The position numbers were made by a program, and so were the translations under genes. A DNA stretch of 30,233 bases from Candidatus Woesearchaeota archaeon. GTDB taxonomy: Archaea; Nanobdellota; Nanobdellia; Woesearchaeales; GW2011-AR4. Position 1 is the stretch's first letter; the number at the start of each line of letters is the position of its first letter. The stretch covers positions 1 to 30,233 of the forward strand of contig JADHVE010000006.1 in NCBI GenBank assembly GCA_016784195.1, written 5' to 3'. Shown here piece by piece: positions 1-9,942 of this stretch. Below the pieces are notes generated by a model, which was given only the letters and a program-made list of their open reading frames with translations, ran no database searches and was not told the DNA's origin.

Positions 1-291
1 CCAGTTTACGATAATGATTAAAATCATCAAGAAAAGCATGGCTATTAGTAAAAAGTAGAATCCACTTAACTCTGCTAATAATTTTTCTGCTCCAGCCTGT
101 AGAGGATCCTGAGATAAGTCAATAGCTACGGCTTTATTTGTTATTGTTCTGAAAGTTGTTATTGATATTAAGAAAGCTAGGGCATAAAATGCTAAATCAA
201 AAAAAACTATGAAGAAGATTTTTATATCTATTTTCTTAAAAGAATCTATAAAAATATTATAGCTGTTTTTAAAATAACTTTCTTTTTTCAT
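1..291 (-). CDS. Partial CDS (N-terminal ~97 aa; continues past the window start) encoding a hydrophobic/membrane protein
   Basis: ATG at 291-289 on the minus strand with an open frame to the window edge. Translation MKKESYFKNSYNIFIDSFKKIDIKIFFIVFFDLAFYALAFLISITTFRTITNKAVAIDLSQDPLQAGAEKLLAELSGFYFLLIAMLFLMILIIIVNW has two hydrophobic stretches. Not in the ORF track because the edge truncates it. Confidence 0.4.
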   Translation of the reverse strand, partial: MKKESYFKNSYNIFIDSFKKIDIKIFFIVFFDLAFYALAFLISITTFRTITNKAVAIDLSQDPLQAGAEKLLAELSGFYFLLIAMLFLMILIIIVNW

Positions 292-767
292 TTATTTGAT
301 GAATTTTAACTTTTAATTTAAATAACTTTTTATTTTGCAGGGTGGAGAAGGTTGTGTTAGGGAAATAGAGAAGGAATGGTGGGAAGTTAAGGTGTAAGAT
401 ATGTAATAACCTAAAAAGAAAGATTAGGATAAAAATAATTTGTAAAAATATAAAACTTGATAAGGAGAATAATTATTATAACTATTATAAGTAACCGTAT
501 GAAGCTATATTCAAAATCTTCTGACTAATAGTCAATTGTGTCCCAAGTAATATTGAGTTTAACACTTAACTGACAAACTTAAGCCTGGTTTTTGTCTACA
601 TTCAATAACAAAAATTTTTAACTACTTTATATTGTTGATAAACATTTATATATCTGCTATCAAATTGTTTGTTTATGGCAAAAGAAAAGGGGATTTATTT
701 TGAAGTTTCTGATAAAAAGTATCCTGATTTAGAGTTGCCTGGCTGGCTGCAGGCAAAATCAAAGTGA

Positions 768-1838
768 TTATATATCTAGCAGCTTATCGTCTAGGAGTAT
801 CTTTGGATTTCTGAATACCTGGTCAAGATGGAGTATGGCATATATTGAGCCTCCGAACCAGTAATTTGAGCCAATGCCTATGTGGGCTGTGCCCCTTACT
901 TTGTCGTCAATTATCATTGCTCCTGCAAGCCTTGCTTTGGGGTTTAATCCTATGCCTAATTCACAGATTCTTCTCACAGAGCCAGGGTGTTTTGAGATTG
1001 ATTCTGCCCATTTTAGGGTATTTTCAAGTTCTTTTGCCTCTTTTCCCCCGCTAATTTCGACTATGCTTCCTTCCTTTATTATTAAGGTAATGGGCTCTTT
1101 AATCAATATTGTTCTTTTCTGGTTTCTGGAGCTTGCGTCAATAACAACTTTGCCTTCCACCCTTTTCCCGTTTGGTGGAGAGTATACTTCTCCTGCAGGC
1201 AGGTTTCCTCCGGTGCCATTTTTTATATAACTGCCGTCTGCTGATATGCCTTCAATATTCTTAATGTTGTAGTAAAGGTCTGTTCCTGCGTCTGTTGTGA
1301 TATGGGCTTCTTCTGCTGCATCAAATAGTTTTCTTATTTTTTCATGCTCTAATTGCATTGGCTTGTAGTTGACATCGATTGCTTCTGTTGCTAAGTTGAT
1401 GTTGTGGTTCAACAAGTCTCCTAAGCTCATTGCAGAAACAAATTTATGCTGCCTTTTTTTAACCCATCTTCTGAAGCTTTTTCCAAGCTCGCCAATATTC
1501 CCTAATTTATCTGACATGTTAAGAAAGATAACGTTTCTTTCTTTTAGGTCAGTTAAAGAGTTGATTACGTCTTCATCTGCTGTATCCTTTTTTGACTTGA
1601 CATCCTGCAAAACCAATTTTGCGTTCAGATTGAATTCCTGGGCAGCTAAGTAATAAGCTCCAGATAAGATTGCAGAAGCATTCCTATTTTCAAAACCTTT
1701 GTCTCCTATAATCAATATTCTTTCATTCTGTATGGCCAAGCAAGGCGTGAATATTTTTTTTAGGTAAAAGGAATATTTTTTACATGATTCATAGAAATTG
1801 TTCTGCTTTAACCAGTTTAAAGATTCAACTGTTTCCAT
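768..1838 (-). CDS. Aminopeptidase-like protein, probably peptidase M29 (AmpS/PepS/aminopeptidase T) family
   Basis: 356-aa ORF. The segments GNLPAGEVYSPP, ELGIGLNP and GTAHIGIGSNYWFGGSIYAILHLD resemble conserved blocks of thermophilic metalloprotease M29. The family assignment is from memory of motifs, not a search. Confidence 0.55.
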   Translation of the reverse strand: METVESLNWLKQNNFYESCKKYSFYLKKIFTPCLAIQNERILIIGDKGFENRNASAILSGAYYLAAQEFNLNAKLVLQDVKSKKDTADEDVINSLTDLKERNVIFLNMSDKLGNIGELGKSFRRWVKKRQHKFVSAMSLGDLLNHNINLATEAIDVNYKPMQLEHEKIRKLFDAAEEAHITTDAGTDLYYNIKNIEGISADGSYIKNGTGGNLPAGEVYSPPNGKRVEGKVVIDASSRNQKRTILIKEPITLIIKEGSIVEISGGKEAKELENTLKWAESISKHPGSVRRICELGIGLNPKARLAGAMIIDDKVRGTAHIGIGSNYWFGGSIYAILHLDQVFRNPKILLDDKLLDI

Positions 1839-2089
1839 TGAAAGAATGGTTTTATCTGTATTTTAATAGTTTTTGATTATTCGGCCCTACAGAAACCCAA
1901 TCCCTAAAAAAGTATAAGATTCCCGTTTATTTAGAGGAAGATTTCTGCAAAGTCTATGCTTTTATAATCAGGTCATTTTTCTCTGATTCTAACTATAACC
2001 TTACTATTTGAAAAAAAAGCTTGATTTAGAGATTTGTATACTAGTATATATAAAAATTTATAAATAAGTAAAAAAATTATTACCTTAAG

Positions 2090-3583
2090 ATGAAAAAAGG
2101 TACATTGATCATAATCTTTTTCTTAATTCTGCCTGTTATAGCTGCTGAAATAAGCATAAAGCAGAATAATGGCAATTACAACTTAGGTGATAAGATTTCT
2201 GTTTCCGCATCTGTAATTGAAGATGAAGATGTAACTGGCTTTTTTAAAGTCAGTTTAGAATGCACTAACTACGCCATGCAGTATTTTGTAACTCCAATAA
2301 GCCTGGAAAAGAATTTCAGGACAAATATTAATGTTCCCGATTTAACAGCAACAAAAGATATGCTGGGCAGCTGCAGTATAGAAGCTGATTTAGAAGGAAA
2401 TGACGGAACTGTTGATGTAGAACATACCCTCGGCTTCAGGGTTAAAAAAGAGCTGAATGTCAGCTGTGAATCTTCTGAAGCAATTCCAGGTAAAGATATA
2501 AAGATTTCCTGCATTGCAAAAAAGATCTCTCTTGATCCAGTCCAGGCAGGAACAGCCAATCTGAATTATGATGGTAATGAATTTACAACAAATGTAGAAG
2601 ACGGGATTTTTGATTTTGATGTTTTTATTAAAAACGATGCTCCTGCAGGTGCAAAAGAAATCACTATCCAGGTTGATGACAATCAAGGTAATTATGGTAA
2701 TTTAATCTTTAATGCCTATGTGGAGGCAATTCCTACAAAATTAGAAATCGAAGTTAATAAAGAATCATTTAAGCCAGGAGAAACATTAGAGATAAAGCCT
2801 GTGCTGTATGATCATGTCCATGGTTTAATTGATGCAGAGGTAAACCTTGAATTTACAGATATTGATGATAAACAGCTCATTTCAAAGGATATCCAAAGCG
2901 GTGAAACTGCAAGTTATGTTTTTAACAGCTTTGCTATCCCAGGAGATTATAAAGTCAAAGCTAAGTCTGAAGGATTAACAGCAGAAAGAACAATAAAAAT
3001 AGAGAGCTTAATCAAAATGAAGATGACTTATGCTAATGAAAAGGTATTGATAAAAAACATAGGCAATACCTTCTATGATGATAAAACCACAATCATTCTT
3101 GAAGATGAGGGAGGCAAAAAATATCTGATTGAGAAAAATATAAATCTTGCTCCGGGACAGGAAAAAGAGATTGATTTGTCCAAAGAAGTGCCTTATGGCA
3201 ATTATGATGTTGTTCTTCCTGAAGAGTCTATTAGCGCTGAAACAGCCAGTGATAATCAAGCAACTAATGTTATAGAAAACGTCGAGATACGTGACAACAG
3301 GCCAGTCTACAAAAAAGCAGGAGAAGGAGTTAAAGGGGGCATGGGCATGATATCTGGCGCAGCTATAGGCGCTGTGGGATTTGCATCTGCAAAGCCTCTA
3401 TTTGCAAGCGTAATCCTTGTTGTAATAATTTTGGTTATAGTCTTATTTTACAGCCGGGACTTCATCAAAAGTAGGGTTGGCCAAGTAAAGGTAAAAGTTG
3501 ACAAGAAAGAAGGCATTCACCTGGAAAAGAAAGACGGTGATACTGAAGGATTGTTTAAGGACTTTAAATATGGCAAAGGATAA
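2090..3583 (+). CDS. Secreted, C-terminally membrane-anchored surface protein (S-layer/adhesin-like)
   Basis: N-terminal signal peptide MKKGTLIIIFFLILPVIAAE; long beta-rich ectodomain; C-terminal Gly/Ala-rich hydrophobic helix ISGAAIGAVGFASAKPLFASVILVVIILVIVLFY followed by a short basic tail. AT-rich TATA-like sequence upstream at about 2050-2075. Confidence 0.75.
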   Translation: MKKGTLIIIFFLILPVIAAEISIKQNNGNYNLGDKISVSASVIEDEDVTGFFKVSLECTNYAMQYFVTPISLEKNFRTNINVPDLTATKDMLGSCSIEADLEGNDGTVDVEHTLGFRVKKELNVSCESSEAIPGKDIKISCIAKKISLDPVQAGTANLNYDGNEFTTNVEDGIFDFDVFIKNDAPAGAKEITIQVDDNQGNYGNLIFNAYVEAIPTKLEIEVNKESFKPGETLEIKPVLYDHVHGLIDAEVNLEFTDIDDKQLISKDIQSGETASYVFNSFAIPGDYKVKAKSEGLTAERTIKIESLIKMKMTYANEKVLIKNIGNTFYDDKTTIILEDEGGKKYLIEKNINLAPGQEKEIDLSKEVPYGNYDVVLPEESISAETASDNQATNVIENVEIRDNRPVYKKAGEGVKGGMGMISGAAIGAVGFASAKPLFASVILVVIILVIVLFYSRDFIKSRVGQVKVKVDKKEGIHLEKKDGDTEGLFKDFKYGKG

Positions 3584-3974
3584 TATAAAAATAATAAGCA
3601 TAGAGTTTAAGAAAATAAAGATAAATAAATTTTTGCCTAAAGAAAAAACAGTTGAGTTCTCTATATTCTTCAATGACAGTGATGATAAGGAAATCTCAAG
3701 GAGTATTAACTTGGGTAATATTGAAGGCATTGCAGAGAACATAGTAGATGATATAGTCAATATGGAGAAGAACATCAACAAAGAGTTTGATGGTGAGGCT
3801 TTGATTGATAATCCCTCAAATGTCTTTGTTAAAAACAAAGAAGAATTATTGCCTAAAATAACTAATTTTCTTAAGAAGGTCTCTGAAAATATTGAACAGG
3901 TTAAAGCCTGCAAGACTTCAAACGGCTATCTGGATTTAGTCGGCAAGGTTAACAGGATGAGCCTGGAGTTTTGA
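3570..3974 (+). CDS. Hypothetical protein (134 aa), translationally coupled to the upstream surface-protein gene
   Basis: ATG at 3570 overlaps the end of the 2090..3583 CDS by 14 nt. The ORF-track entry 3498..3974 is the same frame with an earlier, less likely start inside the upstream gene. Confidence 0.5.
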   Translation: MAKDNIKIISIEFKKIKINKFLPKEKTVEFSIFFNDSDDKEISRSINLGNIEGIAENIVDDIVNMEKNINKEFDGEALIDNPSNVFVKNKEELLPKITNFLKKVSENIEQVKACKTSNGYLDLVGKVNRMSLEF

Positions 3975-4044
3975 ATTCTTTTTTCAACTTATTTTTTAAC
4001 ACCAGGTATAATTTGATTCATTAATAAAAACATTTAAATATATA

Positions 4045-4072
4045 AACATATTTAAATATATAAATATGTTTT
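4045..4072. promoter_or_regulatory. Inverted repeat (11-bp arms, 6-bp spacer) overlapping the ArsR-family gene start codon; candidate autoregulatory operator
   Basis: aaacatattta-aatata-taaatatgttt. The right arm contains the ATG at 4066. Flanked by a direct repeat of tttaaatatataaa (4033-4046 and 4051-4064). Confidence 0.5.
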
Positions 4073-4332
4073 TAGTGGATAAATTTAAAGCTTTAGCCGA
4101 CGAAACAAGAATTAAGATAGTTAAATCGCTTTTCTCTGGAAAAAAAACAGTTTCTGAGATTGTTCCATCAACAGAAAAGTCCCAACCAAATGTTTCTATT
4201 GCCCTCAAGCAATTACTTCATGCAGGCATTATTGCCAGGGAAAAGAAAGGCAAATTCGTACATTACAGCCTAAAAGATCCTGAAAAGATCAAACAGATTA
4301 TCCGGTTAGTTGGTGGTGATGATGGCATTTGA
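4066..4332 (+). CDS. ArsR/SmtB-family winged-helix transcriptional regulator (no metal-binding Cys motif)
   Basis: 88 aa. LADETRIKIVKSL...KTVSEIVPSTEKSQPNVSIALKQLLHAGIIAREKKGKFVHYSL matches the ArsR HTH consensus (ETR.kIl..L, SQ..vS.HLk.L..AG.v.....G..v.Y.L). Confidence 0.8.
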   Translation: MFLVDKFKALADETRIKIVKSLFSGKKTVSEIVPSTEKSQPNVSIALKQLLHAGIIAREKKGKFVHYSLKDPEKIKQIIRLVGGDDGI

Positions 4333-5725
4333 AATTTTAGGCTTAGAACTGGATATTATAGGCATCACAGTATTCATAGCTGTTTCAGGAGCAGTTATCT
4401 ACTTTGCAAGGCAGTTAAAGCATAAAAAACCCGATGCAGATTCAAAAGAGCGAAAAAGCGCAGTAAAAAAGATTTCAGCAGCAGAAAAAGCAGCAATAAA
4501 ACAGCAGAAAAAGCAGATAAAGATTGAAAAGGAATTAGTGAAAGAAGAGGTTAAGATTTTAGAAGTTGAGAGTGAATTAGGAAAAGCAACTAAAGACATG
4601 ATCAATATCGGAGAAGTAAGCAAAAAAGAGGAAGAGGAATTAGACAATAGGATTAAAAGTATAATCAACACGATAAGGGTGCAGCTGTCAAAACTAAAGT
4701 ACCAACAAAGCTTCAATGTTGTTGAAAAGAAATATCTGATAGGGCTGGTTAGATTACTCCTAAACCAATTGATGCACAGGATTAAAAAACAAAAAGAAGA
4801 TGAAGGAGCCACTAGAAACATATCTAAAATTATAGATTTTGTTATCAGAAGTGTAGAACATATTTCTAAGGAGATGTATTCTCAAGAAGTTAAGGTTTTT
4901 GATGTTGAGAGCGATTTAGAAACCTTAAAATTTTATGAAACTGAAAAATTACAAGAACTATCTCCGGAAAATTCAGCAATATTGAAAAAAATAAACAGCA
5001 GATTAGAATATATGAAATTCAAGATAAAAAGCAATATAGCCGCATTAAAATTTATTACGACTACCTTGAAGGATAAAGAAAGGATAGTTTCTGAAGATTT
5101 TAACAACCTGAAAGAATTTGATAAAAAATTCCATGCTGCTTTGGATCGAGCTTTTAACAATATAGAAAAATTTTCAATATCTTTGAGAGAGAAGCCAATG
5201 ACAACAGAAGAAACTATAAATGGAGCTGCCCTAGCAATTAGATATGCTTATAATGAAATGATACAACTCACAGATTCTTCAATCAAAAAAAATGTTTTGT
5301 TAATGGAGTTTATTCCACATACAGTTCCACTCCAAAAACAGATATTATTTATCCTTGATAAAGGACTGGAAATCGAGAAAACTCATATTTATTTAGTTAA
5401 GTTATTTGAGGCTTTAAATGAAACAGTAAGGAGGATAAGCCTAACTGGTAAAAATGAGATAATTAACCTATTCATGGATATACAAAGAGAAAAAATAAAA
5501 GAATTCAAAATTAAAGAGATACAAGAAGAAAAAGATAAGATTACATTGAAAATTAAAGAGAAGATTCAAACCAGTATAGTGAATATAGAGCGGATATCTA
5601 ACTTAAATCGTGCATATCTGCCAAAATTAAATGAAAAAAAAGCTGGATTAATATATGAGGGGAAGAGGATTATTAACTTCTTATCTAAAATTAATAAAGA
5701 ATTTAGGGCAAGAGAAAAAAGATAG
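4310..5725 (+). CDS. Membrane-anchored, lysine/glutamate-rich coiled-coil protein of unknown function
   Basis: Start overlaps the ArsR stop (coupled). N-terminal TM helix LDIIGITVFIAVSGAVIYFA, then about 440 aa of heptad-like K/E-rich sequence. Confidence 0.65.
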   Translation: MVVMMAFEILGLELDIIGITVFIAVSGAVIYFARQLKHKKPDADSKERKSAVKKISAAEKAAIKQQKKQIKIEKELVKEEVKILEVESELGKATKDMINIGEVSKKEEEELDNRIKSIINTIRVQLSKLKYQQSFNVVEKKYLIGLVRLLLNQLMHRIKKQKEDEGATRNISKIIDFVIRSVEHISKEMYSQEVKVFDVESDLETLKFYETEKLQELSPENSAILKKINSRLEYMKFKIKSNIAALKFITTTLKDKERIVSEDFNNLKEFDKKFHAALDRAFNNIEKFSISLREKPMTTEETINGAALAIRYAYNEMIQLTDSSIKKNVLLMEFIPHTVPLQKQILFILDKGLEIEKTHIYLVKLFEALNETVRRISLTGKNEIINLFMDIQREKIKEFKIKEIQEEKDKITLKIKEKIQTSIVNIERISNLNRAYLPKLNEKKAGLIYEGKRIINFLSKINKEFRAREKR

Positions 5726-5888
5726 AAAAAATATGTTCCAAACTTAACCATACTGATAAATTCTGCGTTAATTTTAATTGTTTTTTGGAATGTATCGTAA
5801 AAAATATTTGTTTAGTAATATTTTACTTTTATTAAGTAGTAACCAGAAAGATTTATATATTAGGTAATCTTTCTAAAAACTACCTAAC

Positions 5889-7496
5889 ATGGTAGATAAT
5901 CAAACAATAGACACAGTTTTGGACGAGATGGAGGAAGAAATTAAGGAGTATGAGAAGACTCCTTCTACTTCTGGATTTAATCCTAGCTCTAACCCGGCAA
6001 CCAGAATAGACACTCCCTGGCTGAAAGACCGGGAGGAAAAGATAAACGCAAATTTTCCACAGATGGTATTCTATGACTGGGAGGGGCAAATAATTAAAAA
6101 AAAAAGTGGAGATCCTAAAAGCGATAAGAAACCATATCATTTTCCTTATCTTTTCAAGATAGAAAGAGGCACTGCAGTTTTAACTGAAAGACTTGGTGAT
6201 CTTTCAAGTTACGGATTATTAAGACACAGAACCAGATGGATGGATCTGGTAAAACTAAAGACTGAACTAAAGAATGGAAAGAAGATTTATTTCTTTGAGG
6301 GTGGCCATATTGGTAAGGTAAGAATAGATAGTGAATATTGGAATAAGAAAGAAGAATATTTGCTGCGAGATGTAATTCGTACAATCGAGAATCTTGGATA
6401 CCAATTTACCCCCCAACCTAAACCCCAAAAAGGTAGTTTACCTCTAGAATCCTACTCAAATGCCCAGTTCTCCCCACGGGATGACCCATCAGATAGTACT
6501 TCAAAACCACTTACAGCTGACAGGAGCACAGTTAAGATTGATAATCTTGACTATAAAATCAGTAAAAAAAGACTAAAGGATAACAATAACTCAGAAAATT
6601 CCACCGAAGAAAATCCCCCAGAAAATGAAAGGCTGGTTATCAACGAAATTGTTGATTTGATTGGATATAGTTTAAATTCAACATACAAAGTAAGAAGGGC
6701 TGGCCTACATATAGGATGGGGAAAATGGATTGACAAAAAAATAATGGTTAACACTCAAGCAGTAGGTTATGATGTAGTATTCACTGATATGTACACAAGA
6801 GATGGAGTAAAAGTAAACGCAGATACTAGATTTACACTCCAGGTAAGGAACAATCCTGAAGACCTTTACAGGTTTGCTGTTAAAACAAAGGAAGTTGAAA
6901 AACAGCTGCAACAAACAATTTTTGGTTTTGTAAAAGAATATACTTCAAGCTTAACCTCTGACCAGATAGTTGACTCAAAGAAAGAATATATGTCTGAACA
7001 ATCAAGTACTAAAAAGATAGCAAAAGAAAATATGGCAGCACGAGATATTTTGAGCATTATCAGGAAAGATTTTGCAGCATACATGGTGCAGTGGGGTTTC
7101 GAGCTCACAAGTGCAATAGTCCAAGATTATGAACTCCCTTATGACATAGAAAACGCATTTAAAGAAACTGAGGCAAACAGGAGATTAGTCAAATCAGGGT
7201 TGTATGAAGGGGAGAGGCAGAGTTCAAAAATTGAGGAGATTGCAAGAGGTGAATCATCCAGAGTTGTGATGCTAGGTGAAGCAGGAGCTAAAGCACTTAA
7301 AAAAAAGGCAGAAGCCTATCAGCAACCAGGTGGACAAGAAGTCTATAAATTAGATACTGCAAAAGAAGTAGCTAGCAAGGTAAATAATATGAATGTTGTT
7401 TCTTCAGGTTCATTTGTAGATGACTTAGTAAACGGTGTAGTAGAAGGTGCAAAAAAAGTGCAGGATCAAAAAATAGTAAATAGGATAATTCGCTAG
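5889..7496 (+). CDS. SPFH/band-7 (stomatin/prohibitin-like) domain protein with a long unique N-terminal extension
   Basis: The C-terminal ~220 aa (VFTDMYTRDGVKVNADTRFTLQV..., ...AARDILSIIRKDFAAYMVQWGFELTSAIVQDYELPYDI, then ...EANRRLVKSGLYEGERQS..EIARGES) fit the SPFH-domain pattern. The N-terminal ~250 aa have no recognisable TM segment. Confidence 0.7.
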   Translation: MVDNQTIDTVLDEMEEEIKEYEKTPSTSGFNPSSNPATRIDTPWLKDREEKINANFPQMVFYDWEGQIIKKKSGDPKSDKKPYHFPYLFKIERGTAVLTERLGDLSSYGLLRHRTRWMDLVKLKTELKNGKKIYFFEGGHIGKVRIDSEYWNKKEEYLLRDVIRTIENLGYQFTPQPKPQKGSLPLESYSNAQFSPRDDPSDSTSKPLTADRSTVKIDNLDYKISKKRLKDNNNSENSTEENPPENERLVINEIVDLIGYSLNSTYKVRRAGLHIGWGKWIDKKIMVNTQAVGYDVVFTDMYTRDGVKVNADTRFTLQVRNNPEDLYRFAVKTKEVEKQLQQTIFGFVKEYTSSLTSDQIVDSKKEYMSEQSSTKKIAKENMAARDILSIIRKDFAAYMVQWGFELTSAIVQDYELPYDIENAFKETEANRRLVKSGLYEGERQSSKIEEIARGESSRVVMLGEAGAKALKKKAEAYQQPGGQEVYKLDTAKEVASKVNNMNVVSSGSFVDDLVNGVVEGAKKVQDQKIVNRIIR

Positions 7497-7580
7497 TTCT
7501 TAAACAATAAAATAAATAAGAAAAAATTTTCTCAATCAACTGCTGGATTATATAAGATAAAAAAAATAAAAAAGTTTTAT

Positions 7581-8168
7581 TTACTTCCTCAACAGATCCC
7601 TTCTTCGTTTCCAGTTAGCAGTTCTGCTTGGCCTTAATTTTTCAGCGCCTTTTCCTTTCTTTCTCAACCCTCTGCTTTTCCTTCCTGCAGATGTCAATCC
7701 GCGCTCTGCTCTTCCTTTCTTCTCCGAAATCCAGGCAATGTTTTTATCTGCTAGTATTTGAGGATGTTTTCTATCTACTAAAATAACCTCATACCAGTAA
7801 TGCAATCCATCTTTTCCAACATAGTAAGAGTTAAGTGCTTCACAATTAACATATCTCTTTGATGCTCTTTCTTCTGCAACCCACTGGTAATTTTTGTCTA
7901 CTATCTTCCTTCTTCCAAAATGCTTGCTTCTTCTACCTGCTCGTATTTGTGGCCTTTGTCTTCCGCCTCTTGAGACACGCTGCCTTACTACAACAAAACC
8001 TGGCTTTGCCTTATAGCCAAGAGAACGAGCTTTATCAAGCCTTGTCGGCCTTTCTATCCTCAGAGTTACTGGTTCTTTTCTCCACTGAATAAGCCTTTGA
8101 GACCAAATTTCACCTAAATTTTCCTTTGGTTTCTTCCATAGATTCTTTATATACTTGTACATACCCAT
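7581..8168 (-). CDS. rpl15e: 50S ribosomal protein L15e
   Basis: [73 protein letters not shown] is a clear L15e signature. Confidence 0.95.
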   Translation of the reverse strand: MGMYKYIKNLWKKPKENLGEIWSQRLIQWRKEPVTLRIERPTRLDKARSLGYKAKPGFVVVRQRVSRGGRQRPQIRAGRRSKHFGRRKIVDKNYQWVAEERASKRYVNCEALNSYYVGKDGLHYWYEVILVDRKHPQILADKNIAWISEKKGRAERGLTSAGRKSRGLRKKGKGAEKLRPSRTANWKRRRDLLRK

Positions 8169-8457
8169 CTTGTTAGCCTCCGTTATTATAAATGCAAAAG
8201 CATTTTTTATTCAGGCAAGCAACTGCCCACATCTATAGTACAGGGTTTTTGGGATATTTATAAAGTTAACTGTAAAATTTATATATACTTGAGTGATTCT
8301 TTAGTAAAAAAGAGGTAAAAGGCACTCTAAGGATTCTTAGAGAAACAATTTAAATAAAAAAATTACGTATTTTGTGTTAACTATTTAAATTTGTTATCAG
8401 CCTATCTTGATAAACATGAAGATTGTTTATTAGAAAAAGTTCCAAATAAACTAAGAA

Positions 8458-8730
8458 ATGATGCAAATGGCAATTATTGAAGAAAATTTAAAATTAGTAA
8501 ACGATATAGGATTTATAATTCAAGACATAAACCAATCAGGTTACTTTGAAAAGAAACTCTTTAATCATATATTTAGAACCCAGAAGGAGACTTATTGTCC
8601 CAAAGATAGAGTAGTTTTTGAAAACATACACCAAGCATACAGCTGTGCTTATGAACACTTAATCAAATATCGCAATTCAGGATTCATTGATAAAATAAAA
8701 CAATATAGAGCAAATAGGTGGAATAAATAA
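8458..8730 (+). CDS. Hypothetical small protein (90 aa)
   Basis: ORF only. Its stop overlaps the next ORF's start (TAATG). Confidence 0.35.
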   Translation: MMQMAIIEENLKLVNDIGFIIQDINQSGYFEKKLFNHIFRTQKETYCPKDRVVFENIHQAYSCAYEHLIKYRNSGFIDKIKQYRANRWNK

Positions 8731-8966
8731 TGGTCCGGACTGTTTTAAAACCAACAATACTGACTCCTAGTTCTATTGATACTTTTATGGCAATAGCAGA
8801 TTATGTTGCTAATGAAAATGGTTGTAGGATTAAATATGAAAATAACAAAATGCAAATTAAAGGGGACAGAGAAACTGCAATGTTTTCATTAAAAGTCACT
8901 TATGAGAATATCTTAGGTTATAATTTAATTGAGAATAGAAGAAATAATAAACCGGGAACTAAATAA
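8730..8966 (+). CDS. Hypothetical small protein (78 aa), translationally coupled to the upstream small ORF
   Basis: ORF only; TAATG stop/start overlap at 8728-8732. Confidence 0.35.
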   Translation: MVRTVLKPTILTPSSIDTFMAIADYVANENGCRIKYENNKMQIKGDRETAMFSLKVTYENILGYNLIENRRNNKPGTK

Positions 8967-9230
8967 TAATTATTTTATTTGCTATATTATTATTCTTTAA
9001 ATATATAAATGTACTGATTACTTCAGATTTAGTTGAACCCTCAATGTTGTTTTCTGAATTTATTATCTTATCTTTTTTTAACGCACTTAGGCTTTATGAA
9101 TATAATTAAGTTATTTGGAACTCACTGTCCCGCATAACTCTTTTCTACTCGGATTAATCATAGTTTATTACATAACAAAAGGTGACAGAAACAAAACATA
9201 GACAAAACTAAATGGAGAAGAAAAAATATT

Positions 9231-9335
9231 ATGTATGTTGTAGAAGAAAAAAGGGACGATGAAGGAAAGGTTAAGCAAGAAGTAATTAAGTATTTAGGGT
9301 CTGTTGAAAACATTCTTGATAAGTTCAAAGAATAA
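9231..9335 (+). CDS. Possible very small protein (34 aa): MYVVEEKRDDEGKVKQEVIKYLGSVENILDKFKE
   Basis: ATG preceded by the purine-rich ggagaagaaaaaatatt; charged small-protein composition. Below the ORF-track length cutoff. Confidence 0.25.
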   Translation: MYVVEEKRDDEGKVKQEVIKYLGSVENILDKFKE

Positions 9336-9439
9336 CCAAGGGAGTTTCCACGCAACGCTACTAAAATCAAAACGTTTAAATAAAAACAAAATACAGCATA
9401 TAGGTGGTTTTGTAATAAACATCAACAACATATTAAAAA

Positions 9440-9910
9440 ATGAAATGTCCTTTTTGCAGCAATCCTGATACAAAAGTTCTTGATAAAAGGGAAACTGAAG
9501 AGCTGGAAGTAACCAGGAGGAGAAGAGAATGCTTAAAATGCAGAAAACGCTTTACGACTTACGAGAGGATTGAAACTGTTGAGCTGTTTGTTGTAAAAAA
9601 AGATGACAGAAGAGAGCAATTTAACTTAGATAAATTAAAAACAGGTATTATTAAAGCATGCGAAAAAAGGCCAATAAGCATGGAACAGATTGAGCAGGCA
9701 CTTAATAGTATAATGGCAGAGCTTAAAGAAAAAAACAAGAAAGAGATACAAAGCAGGGAAATTGGCGAGTTGCTGATGAGAAAATTAAAGAAGCTTGACC
9801 AGGTTGCTTATATAAGGTTTGCTTCTGTTTACCAGGATTTTCAGGATCTGTCTTCTTTTAAAAAAGAGGTAAGCAGATTAGAGAAAAAAAGGAAAATTAA
9901 TAAAAAATAA
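9440..9910 (+). CDS. nrdR: Transcriptional repressor NrdR (zinc ribbon plus ATP-cone)
   Basis: MKCPFCSNPDTKVLDKRETEELEVTRRRRECLKCRKRFTTYERIE followed by an ATP-cone-like region (VVKKDDRREQFNLDKLKTGIIKACEKRPIS). Confidence 0.85.
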   Translation: MKCPFCSNPDTKVLDKRETEELEVTRRRRECLKCRKRFTTYERIETVELFVVKKDDRREQFNLDKLKTGIIKACEKRPISMEQIEQALNSIMAELKEKNKKEIQSREIGELLMRKLKKLDQVAYIRFASVYQDFQDLSSFKKEVSRLEKKRKINKK

Positions 9911-9942
9911 AGTTTGTATAAAAAACCAATAAAAAAAGTTAT

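Noticed and set aside
4399-4821. Minus-strand ORFs inside the coiled-coil gene, and similarly 17000-17497, 17598-17963, 2269-2686, 3443-3913
   Set aside because: These are antisense shadows of K/E-rich or AT-rich coding regions. They give hydrophobic, low-complexity translations with no start context.
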